A model generated the notes under the pieces. It saw only the letters and a list, made by a program, of their open reading frames with translations, was not told where the DNA came from and did no database searches. 64,000 bases of DNA from Candidatus Colwellbacteria bacterium CG10_big_fil_rev_8_21_14_0_10_42_22 (GTDB lineage Bacteria; Patescibacteriota; Minisyncoccia; UBA6257; Colwellbacteraceae), in the NCBI GenBank assembly GCA_002773725.1, contig PFAH01000007.1:19485-83484 (forward strand). The letters are read 5' to 3'. The translations under genes were made by a program, and so were the position numbers. Below, piece after piece: positions 38,848 through 49,223 of this stretch. How positions within the stretch are numbered: the stretch's first letter is position 1; each line of letters begins with the position of its first letter.

Positions 38848-38935
38848 GCTCTGTATCGTGGATGACGTTCGGACTGAGATTATGACTTTAATGCTTGAAG
38901 TGGATACGGGTAATGGGCGATGTTAGGGCCCGTTT
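38848..38935 (+). repeat. 'DDVRT' repeat R2 with satellite motif
   Basis: GCTCTGTATCGTGGATGACGTTCGGACT, then CGATGTTAGGGCCCGTTT starting 70 nt after its start. Confidence 0.7.
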
Positions 38936-38952
38936 GGGGGTATAATCTCAAT

Positions 38953-39339
38953 ATGGAATCACATCAATTTAGACATTTTGCTCAAGTGCATATTGATACC
39001 ACTAGAGATATTTTCGGAGTTGAGTTAGATTTTGATGAGAAATCGATATTGGAATTAGACAATTTAATCCAGAAAGGTTGGCCAGATGAGCCTCCTATTC
39101 AGATCGATAACGTCATATTGTTAATCGGTAGTTTTCTGGGAGAAGCGATAATAAAAACACTCAATGGAGAATGGGAGGAAACCCAACAGGGATGGGGGAT
39201 AAGGGTTAAAAATGCTACCCTAATGGTGTTTTCTAAGGTTAAGAAAAGGTTATTGAATGGTATGGAAGACTCCATTTCTTTTTACTATACAAGCACGAAA
39301 AAGATGTTGGAGGATGATTTTAGGGTCATCTCAAAATAA
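38953..39339 (+). CDS. Hypothetical protein (GSFLGEAII...GEW motif)
   Basis: ATG lies 6 nt after TATAAT; family not assigned. Confidence 0.7.
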   Translation: MESHQFRHFAQVHIDTTRDIFGVELDFDEKSILELDNLIQKGWPDEPPIQIDNVILLIGSFLGEAIIKTLNGEWEETQQGWGIRVKNATLMVFSKVKKRLLNGMEDSISFYYTSTKKMLEDDFRVISK

Positions 39340-39360
39340 ACAAGTAATCAGATTGATTCT

Positions 39361-39389
39361 GCTCCCCCTAATAGACGACGTTAGAACCT
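39361..39389 (+). repeat. 'DDVRT' repeat R3
   Basis: 25/29 identical to R1; contains the stop codon of the GATase gene. Confidence 0.75.
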
Positions 39390-40082
39390 GTCTTCAATGA
39401 AATTGTTCAGGAAATTACGTAAGACCTGCTTAGTATGCGGTGATTCTTTAGTTTCTACTTCTGTGTTCCTCATCTTTGCCAAATTCTCTAAATGTATAGG
39501 TTTTATCTCTGGATGGAATTGAACCAACCTAATGTTGTTTCCGATAGCTATAGCTTGGTTATTACACATTTCAGACGATGCGAGCACTTTCCAATTATCT
39601 TTCAGTTCTTCTACAGAATATCCATGAGAAATTTGAGAGATAAACTTTTCTGGCATACCTTCAAATAATGGATCCTGCTTTCCATTTTCATTCAAACTTA
39701 TTACGAAAGAGCCAAACTCTTTGCCTTTTGGATTCGGAACTACCTCTGCCCCAAGAGCCCTAGCTGTGAATTCAAGTCCGCCGCATATACCTAATAAAGG
39801 CACTCCGAGGTTAACAACCCTTTTAATAAACTCATATACCTCTCTCATCCACGGCTTCTCTCGCCCCTCAATAGGCTCATATGCAGACCGTCCTATTATT
39901 ATTCCTGAATACTCAGATGGATCATCTGGGACCTCTTTTGATGCATCTACTACTACAAATCTTTCCTCGCCAATATTCATGGCATCCGCGAACATCTTTA
40001 CATAAGGCCCCTGTATTTTTTCATCATTCGCTTTCAGCTCATCGTCGTCTGAAAGAATCTCCAGTATTAATATCTTTTTCAT
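39381..40082 (-). CDS. Class I glutamine amidotransferase
   Basis: PLLGICGG (catalytic Cys), SHG, VQFHPE. Confidence 0.88.
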   Translation of the reverse strand: MKKILILEILSDDDELKANDEKIQGPYVKMFADAMNIGEERFVVVDASKEVPDDPSEYSGIIIGRSAYEPIEGREKPWMREVYEFIKRVVNLGVPLLGICGGLEFTARALGAEVVPNPKGKEFGSFVISLNENGKQDPLFEGMPEKFISQISHGYSVEELKDNWKVLASSEMCNNQAIAIGNNIRLVQFHPEIKPIHLENLAKMRNTEVETKESPHTKQVLRNFLNNFIEDRF

Positions 40083-40156
40083 ACCCAAAGTATACCAAAA
40101 CCTATTAACGTGCTCCCTGCATCGGATTCGAACTTCTAATATTTATTGAAAACTTT

Positions 40157-40199
40157 TGGTGGGCCAGGATGGATTCGAACCATCGGCCTGTCGCTTATA
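40157..40199 (-). pseudogene. Duplicated 3' half of tRNA-Ile(TAT) with CCA
   Basis: Identical to the intact gene from the anticodon loop to the discriminator, and encodes CCA. Confidence 0.85.
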
Positions 40200-40237
40200 C
40201 ATTCGTGTAGCTATATCGTTCGGGCACAATAAATATG

Positions 40238-40310
40238 TGGGCCAGGATGGATTCGAACCATCGGCCTGTCGCTTATAAGACGACTGCTCTAACCGCTGAG
40301 CTACTGGCCC
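40238..40310 (-). tRNA. tRNA-Ile(TAT), no encoded CCA
   Basis: GGGCCAGTAGCTCAG...GTCGT-CTTATAA-GCGAC...GTTCGAATCC ATCCTGGCCCA. Confidence 0.9.
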
Positions 40311-40414
40311 ACATATTTATCATACCCTCACTCCTAGCTATAAGACGACTGCTCTAACCGCTGAGCTACTGGCCCACATATTTATTATACCTTCACCCAT
40401 AGCCATAAGACGAC
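40274..40414. repeat. 65-bp tandem repeat containing the tRNA-Ile 5' half
   Basis: Units start at 40274 and 40339, with a partial third unit at 40404. Confidence 0.85.
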
Positions 40415-40535
40415 CATCCTAACTGACTGTTCCCGGTTTGTCTAAATTCCAATGAATTTAGTCACGAACCGCAATCCGCCGTGGCATTCTGGCGAAGGCG
40501 GAAGCTACGCACTCCCAACTAATTGGAAATATATC

Positions 40536-42377
40536 CTAGGCGGATATCTGTTTCAATCCAAACTTCTTAATTAATTTTTCAAATTGATCTTGTTCCAAGA
40601 CCTCCTGTTTCAGAAGGGTGTCCGCTATTGCTTTAAGGGCTTTTGGATTACTGGAAACTATTTTCTTAGCCGTTTTAAACGCGTTGTTTATAAACAACTC
40701 AACTTCGTTATCTATTTTTGACGCTACTTCTTCAGAATAGCCCTTACCAGCAATCATGTCTCTTCCCAAAAATACGTGGTCATCAGATCTATCAAAAGAG
40801 ACCGGACCAAGCTTCTCGCTCATGCCGAATTTTGTAACCAACATGCGTGCCAACCGAGACGCTTCTTTCAGATCACTAGATGCACCCGTGCTTATATCTT
40901 TAAATTGAATACCTTCAGCTACATATCCCCCCATTGCCACGGCTAGATCTGCTAAGAATTGAGATTTTGTTTTAAGGTGTCTATCTTCAGTTGGAAGATT
41001 AAGGGTGTATCCACCAGCGCTTCCTCGCGAAACAATAGAAATCTTGTGTACTGGGTCGGAGTGTTTAAGTCCAGCAGAGACCAAAGCATGTCCCGCTTCG
41101 TGATAAGCAGTTATTTTACGTTCTTTATCCGAAACCAACCGACTTTTACGTGCTGGTCCCAGTGTTACTTTCTCAACAGAGTCATAAATATTTTGTAAAC
41201 CAACAGATTTTTTACCTTCCTGAACGGCCAATATAGCGGCCTCATTAATAAGGTTTGCTAAATCGGCTCCCGAGAACCCTGGAGTTCTAGTGGCAATCTT
41301 TTTGAAGTCGACGTCTTTATCCAAAGGAATTTTTTGAGAATGAATTTTGAGAATTGCCTCCCTTTCCCGAATATCCGGAAGGTCTAAATACACCCTTCTA
41401 TCAAATCTCCCCGGCCTTAGAAGCGCCTGATCCAGGACATCTGGTCTATTCGTAGCAGCTAAGACAATAACCTTGGAGTCCCTATCAAATCCATCCATCT
41501 CAACCAAGATTTGATTAAGAGTTTGCTCTCTTTCATCATGTCCTCCGCCAAGACCAGTGCCTCTTTCTCGTCCAACGGCATCAATTTCATCTATAAAAAG
41601 AATAGAGGGAGCGGCCTTTTTAGCTGTATTGAAGGCATCTCGAGTTCTAGATGCCCCAACCCCCACAAACATTTCTACAAACTCGGAAGCCGATAGGTGA
41701 AAAAAGGGTACGCCCGCCTCACCAGCCACAGCTCTAGCTAGAAGAGTTTTTCCTGTTCCCGGAGGGCCCATCAGAAGTACTCCTCGTGGAATTTTGGCAC
41801 CAATACTTAGATATTTTTTGGGCTCTTTAAGGAAGCTAACAATTTCTAAGAGCTCCTGCTTGGCCTCTTTCAACCCCGCAACATCTTTAAAAGTAATTTT
41901 CTCTTTGAAGTTTGTGAAAAGATGAATATTGGCTCTGCCGAAGGTAAATGCCTGATTTACCCCACCCTTTGCTTGGCGAAAAATAAACCAAAAAATTAAG
42001 ACGAAAATCAAGATGGGCAAAAGGGTGGGCAGCAAAACGCCCATCACGAACAAAAATCCCGATTGATCAACGATTTTAATATCTACATTCTTTAAATCTT
42101 CTGCGGATATACCAAAACTTGTAAGTGTTTCTACCGCGCCCACTCCACCCTCCTTTTGAGAAGTATATTCATCACCTCCATCAGCAAGCACAATGGTTAT
42201 TTCTTCTCCGGCTACTTCCAAAGATTTCACTTCGCCTGCTTCAATCTTTGTCGCTAGCTCGCTAAGAGTTAGTACTTTGGGCTCTTGGGGAATTTGGTAA
42301 AAAAGCGAAAAAAGGAGGGTAAGCGAAAAAAGGATAACCGCTACCCTAAGAATGCTTTTATACAGATTCTTCTCCAT
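40536..42377 (-). CDS. ftsH: ATP-dependent zinc metalloprotease FtsH
   Basis: [33 protein letters not shown]. Confidence 0.97.
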   Translation of the reverse strand: MEKNLYKSILRVAVILFSLTLLFSLFYQIPQEPKVLTLSELATKIEAGEVKSLEVAGEEITIVLADGGDEYTSQKEGGVGAVETLTSFGISAEDLKNVDIKIVDQSGFLFVMGVLLPTLLPILIFVLIFWFIFRQAKGGVNQAFTFGRANIHLFTNFKEKITFKDVAGLKEAKQELLEIVSFLKEPKKYLSIGAKIPRGVLLMGPPGTGKTLLARAVAGEAGVPFFHLSASEFVEMFVGVGASRTRDAFNTAKKAAPSILFIDEIDAVGRERGTGLGGGHDEREQTLNQILVEMDGFDRDSKVIVLAATNRPDVLDQALLRPGRFDRRVYLDLPDIREREAILKIHSQKIPLDKDVDFKKIATRTPGFSGADLANLINEAAILAVQEGKKSVGLQNIYDSVEKVTLGPARKSRLVSDKERKITAYHEAGHALVSAGLKHSDPVHKISIVSRGSAGGYTLNLPTEDRHLKTKSQFLADLAVAMGGYVAEGIQFKDISTGASSDLKEASRLARMLVTKFGMSEKLGPVSFDRSDDHVFLGRDMIAGKGYSEEVASKIDNEVELFINNAFKTAKKIVSSNPKALKAIADTLLKQEVLEQDQFEKLIKKFGLKQISA

Positions 42378-43542
42378 CTATTTTGATTTCTTCTTGCGCG
42401 TTGCCTGCGTCAATATCTACTTGCGGTGGTGTAGGGGTAGAAGCAGGAGCTCCACCAGCCATTTTAAGAACAATTCTTTTTTCGTCGGGCTTGATGGAGG
42501 CGATTACAAAATCATAATTTTTGCCCGCTTCAAGATTTTGTTTTAGCTCTTCAACAGAACCAAATTCAGATACGTGGATTAGGCCCATCAAGTCGTGCCC
42601 AATTTTTACTAAAGCGCCAAACGGATTGAGCTTGTAAACTTCACCTTTTATCTTTTCACCCTCCTTAAAGCTTTCGCTAACTTTATTCCATGGATCGGAC
42701 TGAAGAGCCTTCAAAGACAAAGACACGCGCCCTTCTTTAATCTCGGCTATTTTTGCTTTAACCATATCACCGACAGCCACAACCTCTTTGGGGTTATCCA
42801 GCATGTTATGGCTCAATTCTGATATATGAATTAAGCCCTCAACCTCTGGTTGGTCGGCGAACTTAACAAATGCGCCAAAGTCAGCCACCCCAGAAACAAT
42901 ACAAGAAACTTCATCACCGACATTGTATTCCTTCAACAAGTCCTTAACATTTTCCGTCTCAACCTCTCTTTCGGAAAGAATCAGCTTATTGGTTCTAGGA
43001 TTAATATTAATGATTTTCACGTCCAAGCTTTGGCCAATAAACTCTTTTAACTCTTCAGCAACCTTTGACCTATCGCCGCTATCGCTTTGCGGGTAATGCT
43101 CATTAGAGAGTTGAGATGCGGGTAGAAATCCTTGAACACCCTTAGCGTCCAAAAGCAGACCACCAGAATTAGATCCAGTTACCTTTGCGGGGAATGGCTC
43201 GCCATTTTCTCTAAACTCCTTGAGCTCTTCCCACGCCTTTTGTTTACCCGCCTCTATTAAAGACAGCTCTATTAAACCATCTTCATTTTCTGGAGAAACA
43301 ACCTTGGCGGTTACTACATCTCCAATCTCCAATTTTTTCAAAATATCCTTGGCATTAATAAGCTCAATGCCATAAATAACACCAGTACCAACTTTGGGCA
43401 CATTAAAATATACGGCACGCCTCCCTTTTTCTATTAAGGTTACGCTAATTAACTCACCATCCCTCAAAATAGGCATCAAGCCCGGGTTTGATTTGAGCAT
43501 TTGAAGCTCAAGGGAATCTTGTTTTTTCAGATTTTGTCTCAT
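42358..43542 (-). CDS. rpsA: 30S ribosomal protein S1 (short form)
   Basis: S1 repeats GFLPASQL, FGAFV...GLIHISEL, FGALV...GLIHVSE. Start taken at MRQNL. Confidence 0.88.
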   Translation of the reverse strand: MRQNLKKQDSLELQMLKSNPGLMPILRDGELISVTLIEKGRRAVYFNVPKVGTGVIYGIELINAKDILKKLEIGDVVTAKVVSPENEDGLIELSLIEAGKQKAWEELKEFRENGEPFPAKVTGSNSGGLLLDAKGVQGFLPASQLSNEHYPQSDSGDRSKVAEELKEFIGQSLDVKIININPRTNKLILSEREVETENVKDLLKEYNVGDEVSCIVSGVADFGAFVKFADQPEVEGLIHISELSHNMLDNPKEVVAVGDMVKAKIAEIKEGRVSLSLKALQSDPWNKVSESFKEGEKIKGEVYKLNPFGALVKIGHDLMGLIHVSEFGSVEELKQNLEAGKNYDFVIASIKPDEKRIVLKMAGGAPASTPTPPQVDIDAGNAQEEIKIDGEESV

Positions 43543-43609
43543 AAAGACGTGGTGATTATAGGGAAAATAGGATTGAAAAGCAACGCCTAGAAAGGTAAAA
43601 TTAGAAAGT

Positions 43610-44167
43610 ATGGTAATAAGCCTTTTAGGGCCATCAGGCATTAGGTGTCAGGTGGCCGATTTTAGTCTATTAGTTGATCCCCCGACCAAAAAGAAGGGTA
43701 ATTTGGTGCTTGAAACAGAGGTTGATGTAAGCAAAAAAGATCTTCCGGAAGAGGCGGTAGTGGCGGGTGCGGGTGAATATGAGATATCCGGCGTTAGGGT
43801 TAGGGGTATAAATCTGGGCAATGGAGGAGGCGTTTTACAGACCGCCTATGCTGTTAAATTTGACGACATCCGCCTCGGGTTTTTGGCGGGTCTTAAAAAG
43901 GCGCCCAACCAAAACGCCCTTGATGAATTGGGCGAGACAGACATTCTTTTTGTGAATATAGAATCATCCGTCTTGCCAAAGAAAGAGCTTGTGTCCCTAA
44001 TAAAAAGAATAGAACCGAGCATTCTAATAGCCCCAACGGACAAAGGCGCAAAAACACTGATGGAAGAATTTGGTCAAAAGGTTAGTAGGGAAGAGAAGCT
44101 GGTAATCAAGGCAAAAGACATCAACAGAGAAGATAAGAATAAAATTATATGGCTGAAAAGCGAGTAG
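43610..44167 (+). CDS. Degenerate MBL-fold protein
   Basis: [22 protein letters not shown]; lacks the HxHxDH motif. Confidence 0.65.
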   Translation: MVISLLGPSGIRCQVADFSLLVDPPTKKKGNLVLETEVDVSKKDLPEEAVVAGAGEYEISGVRVRGINLGNGGGVLQTAYAVKFDDIRLGFLAGLKKAPNQNALDELGETDILFVNIESSVLPKKELVSLIKRIEPSILIAPTDKGAKTLMEEFGQKVSREEKLVIKAKDINREDKNKIIWLKSE

Positions 44168-46578
44168 AAAAAGCCAAAATAAAAGAGGCCGGCATTACAG
44201 CTGAACTTAAAGAGTCATATCTTGACTATGCAATGTCTGTTATCGTCGGTCGTGCCCTCCCCGACGCCAGAGATGGACTAAAACCGGTTCATAGAAGAAT
44301 TTTGTGGGCTATGTGGAGCGCTGGCGCCACCTACGGTGCTAAGTATAGAAAGTCCGCCAACATTATAGGAGAGGTGATGGGTAAATATCATCCTCATGGC
44401 GACAGCGCCATTTATGACACCATCGTCCGTATGGCTCAATGGTTCTCTTTAAGATATCCACTCATTGATGGGCAGGGAAACTTCGGTTCTCTAGATGGCG
44501 ATCCGGCTGCTGCCCATAGATATACAGAATGTAGATTGTCTAAGGTGGCCGAACCTATGCTGGCCGATATAGAAAAGAACACAGTAGATTTTGCCCCAAA
44601 CTATGACGACACACGCAAAGAACCGTTGGTTCTACCATCCAAGTATCCAAACCTTTTAATAAATGGCTCGGATGGGATTGCGGTTGGTATGGCAACCAAA
44701 ATTCCTCCTCACAACATGGTGGAAGTTATCGACGCCACCAAAGCGCTTATAGACAAACCCAAAGCCACATCTGAAGAGTTGATGGAGTACGTTCAAGGAC
44801 CAGATTTTCCAACAGGAGGCATTATTTACGACCGCAAGGCCATTATAGATGCGTATTCGAGCGGAAGAGGGGCTATCACAATCCGCGCCAAGGTGGATGT
44901 TGGCGAAAAACAGATTGTTATTAAAGAAATTCCCTATCAGGTGAACAAGTCAGATTTACTAATAAAGATGGCGGAACTTGTGCGAGACAGGAGGGTTGAG
45001 GGAATAAAGGATATTAGAGATGAGTCGGACAAAGACGATATGGTGCGCGTTGTGGTTGACCTTAAGCAGACAGCTGTCCCGCAAAAGATAATGAATCAGT
45101 TGTGGAAGTACACAGATCTTCAGAAGGATTACCACCTCAATATGGTAGCCCTGGCCGACGGACTAAAGCCGGAAACTATGTCTTTGAGGGACGCCCTAAC
45201 CAGCTTCGTGGAGCATCGAAGCGAGGTGGTTACCCGCAGGACGAAGTACGACCTAGAAAGAGCCAAAGAAAGGGCACACATATTGGAAGGCCTTTCTAAA
45301 GCGCTCGACAACATAGATAAGGTTATTGAAACTATCAAGAAGTCCTCAGACAAAGAGCAGGCCAAAAAGAATTTAATGAGCAAATTTAAACTGACGGATG
45401 TTCAATCAACCGCCATTTTGGAAATGCGCCTTCAAACCCTAGCTGCTCTTGAGAGAAAAAAGATAGAGGATGAGCTTAAAGAGAAAAGAGCCATTATTAA
45501 AGAGTTAACAGAGCTTCTGGGGAATCCCAAGAAAATAATGGGAGTAGTTAAAAAGGAATTAGATGAGGTTAAAAAAGATTTTGGAGATGAGCGTAAAACG
45601 AAAGTGGTGACTGGCAAGCTTAGGGAGTTCGCTACCGAAGATTTAATTCCCCAAGAAGAGACAGTAATCACCATGTCAGGGGACGGGTATATTAAGCGTA
45701 TCCCCCCCACCGCCTTTAGAAGCCAAAAGAGGGGGGGCAAAGGCCTTATGGGAACCGCTATCGGCGAAGAGGATATACTCTCTCACCTTTTAAGCGCTAA
45801 TACGCACGACAACATGCTTTTCTTCACAGAAGACGGAAAAGCATTTCAGACCAAGGCCTACGAAATTCCCCAAGGAACACGCACCAGTAAGGGTAGGGCG
45901 ATACACAACTTTTTAGAGATACCAAGCGGAGAAAAGATAAGCGCCATCATTGCCTATTCCAAGGATGATATCGGTAAGGGCAACTATTTAGTAATGGCAA
46001 CCGTAGACGGCGTTATAAAGAAAACCAACCTTTCTAACTTTTTGAATGTTAGAAAGAGCGGTATCATCGCCATCAATCTAAAGAAAGACGATCAATTAAG
46101 GTGGGTGGATTTATCAGCAGAAGGAGACGAGGTTATAATGGCAACCCTCCAAGGCAGGTCTATCCGTTTTAAGGAATCGGACGTCAGGGCTATGGGCAGA
46201 ACGGCCGCCGGAGTTAAGGGCATTACTCTTAAGAAAGGAGATCGAGTAAATTCATTTGACGTGATTAAGCCCGATACCGAAGCGAATTTCCTCGTAGTCA
46301 TGGAAAATGGTTACGCCAAAAAGACATCTCTTAAGGAGTACAAAGTTCAAAGACGCGGAGGGTCGGGCATCATAACTGCCAAAATCACAGATAAAACAGG
46401 CCCCCTAGTAGCGAGCCATGTTATAATCGAAGAAGAAGAACTTTTGGCTATTTCAACGAAGGGTCAGGTTCTTAAAACAAGAATAAAAGATATTAGAAAG
46501 ATCGGCCGATCTACTCAAGGGGTCAAAATTATGACGCTCAAATCGGGAGATAAGTTGGCTGGATCTGCGGTGTTTTAG
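44149..46578 (+). CDS. gyrA: DNA gyrase subunit A
   Basis: [17 protein letters not shown], GyrA box QKRGGKG. Confidence 0.97.
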   Translation: MAEKRVEKAKIKEAGITAELKESYLDYAMSVIVGRALPDARDGLKPVHRRILWAMWSAGATYGAKYRKSANIIGEVMGKYHPHGDSAIYDTIVRMAQWFSLRYPLIDGQGNFGSLDGDPAAAHRYTECRLSKVAEPMLADIEKNTVDFAPNYDDTRKEPLVLPSKYPNLLINGSDGIAVGMATKIPPHNMVEVIDATKALIDKPKATSEELMEYVQGPDFPTGGIIYDRKAIIDAYSSGRGAITIRAKVDVGEKQIVIKEIPYQVNKSDLLIKMAELVRDRRVEGIKDIRDESDKDDMVRVVVDLKQTAVPQKIMNQLWKYTDLQKDYHLNMVALADGLKPETMSLRDALTSFVEHRSEVVTRRTKYDLERAKERAHILEGLSKALDNIDKVIETIKKSSDKEQAKKNLMSKFKLTDVQSTAILEMRLQTLAALERKKIEDELKEKRAIIKELTELLGNPKKIMGVVKKELDEVKKDFGDERKTKVVTGKLREFATEDLIPQEETVITMSGDGYIKRIPPTAFRSQKRGGKGLMGTAIGEEDILSHLLSANTHDNMLFFTEDGKAFQTKAYEIPQGTRTSKGRAIHNFLEIPSGEKISAIIAYSKDDIGKGNYLVMATVDGVIKKTNLSNFLNVRKSGIIAINLKKDDQLRWVDLSAEGDEVIMATLQGRSIRFKESDVRAMGRTAAGVKGITLKKGDRVNSFDVIKPDTEANFLVVMENGYAKKTSLKEYKVQRRGGSGIITAKITDKTGPLVASHVIIEEEELLAISTKGQVLKTRIKDIRKIGRSTQGVKIMTLKSGDKLAGSAVF

Positions 46579-46585
46579 GCATCTC

Positions 46586-47866
46586 ATGCAGACACAATTT
46601 ACAAACAAACAAATACTCTTTTTAACGGGCGCGGGTTTAGTGGTGGGTTTAATAGCTCTTGTCTTGACGGGCGTTTTGCCTGGCAAACGGGTGCAAGAAA
46701 CTCAAATTGCTGAACTAGAAATTTGGGGAATAGACAGCGAAGCGGTTTGGAAAGATGTTATTAAGGGCTTTGAATCTACATATCCGGGCGTTGATGTCTC
46801 GTATAGAAAATTCAGTCATAGTAGCTACGAGGACTCTTTGATAAATGGATTGGCTGCCGGCAATGGTCCGGACATTTTGTTTTTTGACAACAACTGGCTT
46901 TTACAACATCGCGACAAGATAGTTCCGCTTCCCACAACCAAAATGGGGTTAACTACTCTCAACACGCTTTTCCCACAAACGATTGAAAAGGATTTTGTTA
47001 TAGACGGAAGAATTTATGCACTTCCTTTATATATAGATACTCTATTTCTCGCATACAATAGGAATCATTTTGATCAAGCTGGAATTGTTGCACCGCCCAC
47101 AACTTGGGCAGAGCTTGAAGAAAACATCAAAGATTTAAAAATCACTAATGAAAAAGGGTTAGAAAGGGCTGCTTTTGCGATTGGCGGGTCTTCGGCGAGC
47201 GTTAAGAATGCGCCCGACATTTTAAAGCTGATATTAATGCAGGCAGGCGCACCTATGGTTAACAGCAAGTTGTCCCAAGCAGATATTTATAGCGGAGATC
47301 GAGTGGACGTCTTCTCTGGCTACACGGCATACGCAGATCCTAAATCCTCAACATATACTTGGGATAACGACACGAGAGACAACCTTGACGCTTTTGCTAA
47401 AGGAGATGTGTCTGGTGTCTTTGTTTATTCACGCCAACTGGAAGAGATTCGCTCTAAAAACTCACTCCTAGATATTGGCATTGGGTCCATGCCACAAGCT
47501 ACTTCACAAGCGATTAATTATCCTGATTATTATGGACTAGCGGTTTCTAATAAATCTAAGGATCCAAGTATTGCTTGGGATTTTATAATCTATGCAACCA
47601 CAGATAAGCAAAGCGCTAGTTATTATCAATCAGCGATGGATTTACCACCCGCTTTGAGGTTTTTGATAGGCGAACTCAAAAATGAATCAGGTAGAATTGG
47701 TATTTTGGCTAGGCAGGCACTAACCGCTAAAAGTTGGTTGCAACCCAATCAAAAAGCGTTTGATGGTTATTTTGATCAGGCGATAGAATCCGTCTTAGAC
47801 GAAACTCTAAAAGCAAGGGATGCTTTAGAAAGATTACAAAAACAAACAACCGAACTCTATAGATGA
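46586..47866 (+). CDS. Membrane-anchored extracellular solute-binding protein (sugar type)
   Basis: N-terminal TM, AGNGPDI, IYALPLYIDTL, PPTTWAEL, AWDFI. Confidence 0.8.
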   Translation: MQTQFTNKQILFLTGAGLVVGLIALVLTGVLPGKRVQETQIAELEIWGIDSEAVWKDVIKGFESTYPGVDVSYRKFSHSSYEDSLINGLAAGNGPDILFFDNNWLLQHRDKIVPLPTTKMGLTTLNTLFPQTIEKDFVIDGRIYALPLYIDTLFLAYNRNHFDQAGIVAPPTTWAELEENIKDLKITNEKGLERAAFAIGGSSASVKNAPDILKLILMQAGAPMVNSKLSQADIYSGDRVDVFSGYTAYADPKSSTYTWDNDTRDNLDAFAKGDVSGVFVYSRQLEEIRSKNSLLDIGIGSMPQATSQAINYPDYYGLAVSNKSKDPSIAWDFIIYATTDKQSASYYQSAMDLPPALRFLIGELKNESGRIGILARQALTAKSWLQPNQKAFDGYFDQAIESVLDETLKARDALERLQKQTTELYR

Positions 47867-48342
47867 TTAAAGAATTTATAGTCAAAACTACTCTTGCCCA
47901 AGGATTGCCCTCTAGGATTATTCCGGAATGTGATCCAACCTTTTCTTCAGACAGCCCTCTTCCTCCATGTAATGAGTGTTTTTTGGCTCAGACCGGCTAT
48001 AACGTCATGATGGTTTTGGTGTGGTTCGCCTTTGTCATAGTTATATTTATGGCGATTTTTGGTGGCTTCAGGATGTTTATAACCCTAGGTAATCCAGACC
48101 AACTCAATAAAGCCAAGAAACAGATCACAAATGCTATCATAGGCCTTGTCATTGTTCTTTTATCGTGGACGATAATTAACGTCATTTTCACAACATTTAC
48201 AAAACTAGGGGGCAGTTGGTGGCAATTACATCAATTGGAGTGTGAAACAACCTTGCAAGATTGTCAGATAAAGTGTGAAGAGAGATATGCATCAAGTACG
48301 GACGTTTTGGAGTGTCAAAATCAGTGCCCAACAGCCAGATAG
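47863..48342 (+). CDS. VirB2/TrbC-like pilin with Cys-rich termini
   Basis: FGGFRMFITLGNPDQLNKAKKQITNAIIGLVIVLLSW. Confidence 0.75.
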   Translation: MIKEFIVKTTLAQGLPSRIIPECDPTFSSDSPLPPCNECFLAQTGYNVMMVLVWFAFVIVIFMAIFGGFRMFITLGNPDQLNKAKKQITNAIIGLVIVLLSWTIINVIFTTFTKLGGSWWQLHQLECETTLQDCQIKCEERYASSTDVLECQNQCPTAR

Positions 48343-48359
48343 GTTATAATAAATTAAGA

Positions 48360-49172
48360 ATGAAGAAAGTCCTGCAAAGAACCCTTTATCCAGTCGCCCT
48401 GCTTTTGTTAGGCGCTCGAAAAGTATTTGCCGCAGATTGTCCTAGTGGAACTTTTTGCTTCTCGTCTTTTCTTAAAGAAGACACTGTTGAGGGATTGATT
48501 GGGAGCATGGTGAGTTGGCTCACCTTGGCAGCCGGCTCGGTCTTAGTAATAGCTATTTTGGTAGGCGCTTTTATGATTATGACTTCTGGCGGCAATACCG
48601 AACAAGTCACGAAGGGTAGAAAAGCAATTACATGGGCGCTGATAGGGTTTGCCGTAATCTTATTGGCTGGAGGTTTGGGCAACATCATAGCCGGATTCCT
48701 GGGAGGCACCGTAGACACTACTAATGTCGCTTCGTCTACAATTGATACGCCCGAAGGAGTTGTGGTCGCAATAGACCAAATTGCTAAATGGATGTTCAAC
48801 GTGCTTATGGCTCTTGGAACCGTTTTTGTTTTATATTCCGCCTTCCTTTATATGATATCTGCGGGCGATCAAGAAAAGATTAACCGGGCCAAAAATGCTC
48901 TGATCTATGCCATTGCCGCTCTTGTGATTGGAGTGTTAGCTGGAGGAGCTGACATGCTAATTAAAGACGCTCTCGATGTTCCGGAAAACACGTCAGCTTG
49001 TAGTGTCGGCTCATGGAAAAATGAAGCATGTCAGGGCACATATAAAGATGAAGACGAGGAGACGCACTGTGAACGACCCGGCGAAAGATTACAGACCAGA
49101 ACTACAACTCCGCCTAACTGTAAGCTAAACAGCAAGTGTTTTAGAGATACAACCTGTCAGGTGCTGGAATAA
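48360..49172 (+). CDS. Tandem double VirB2-like pilin with Cys-rich tail
   Basis: Two pilin repeats: TSGGNTEQVTKGRKAITWA and ISAGDQEKINRAKNALIYA. Confidence 0.75.
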   Translation: MKKVLQRTLYPVALLLLGARKVFAADCPSGTFCFSSFLKEDTVEGLIGSMVSWLTLAAGSVLVIAILVGAFMIMTSGGNTEQVTKGRKAITWALIGFAVILLAGGLGNIIAGFLGGTVDTTNVASSTIDTPEGVVVAIDQIAKWMFNVLMALGTVFVLYSAFLYMISAGDQEKINRAKNALIYAIAALVIGVLAGGADMLIKDALDVPENTSACSVGSWKNEACQGTYKDEDEETHCERPGERLQTRTTTPPNCKLNSKCFRDTTCQVLE

Positions 49173-49223
49173 TAAAAAAATACTGTATAATAATCTCAAA
49201 AGGTCGAGGAATTTGTCTAATAA

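Noticed and set aside
37536-40135. Classical integron attC sites
   Set aside because: The repeats lack the long imperfect palindrome of attC, and no IntI is present. The recombinase at 52187 looks Xer-like.
40157-40414. CRISPR array
   Set aside because: The repeats are tRNA fragments, the intervening sequences are not unique spacers, and there are no cas genes in the window.
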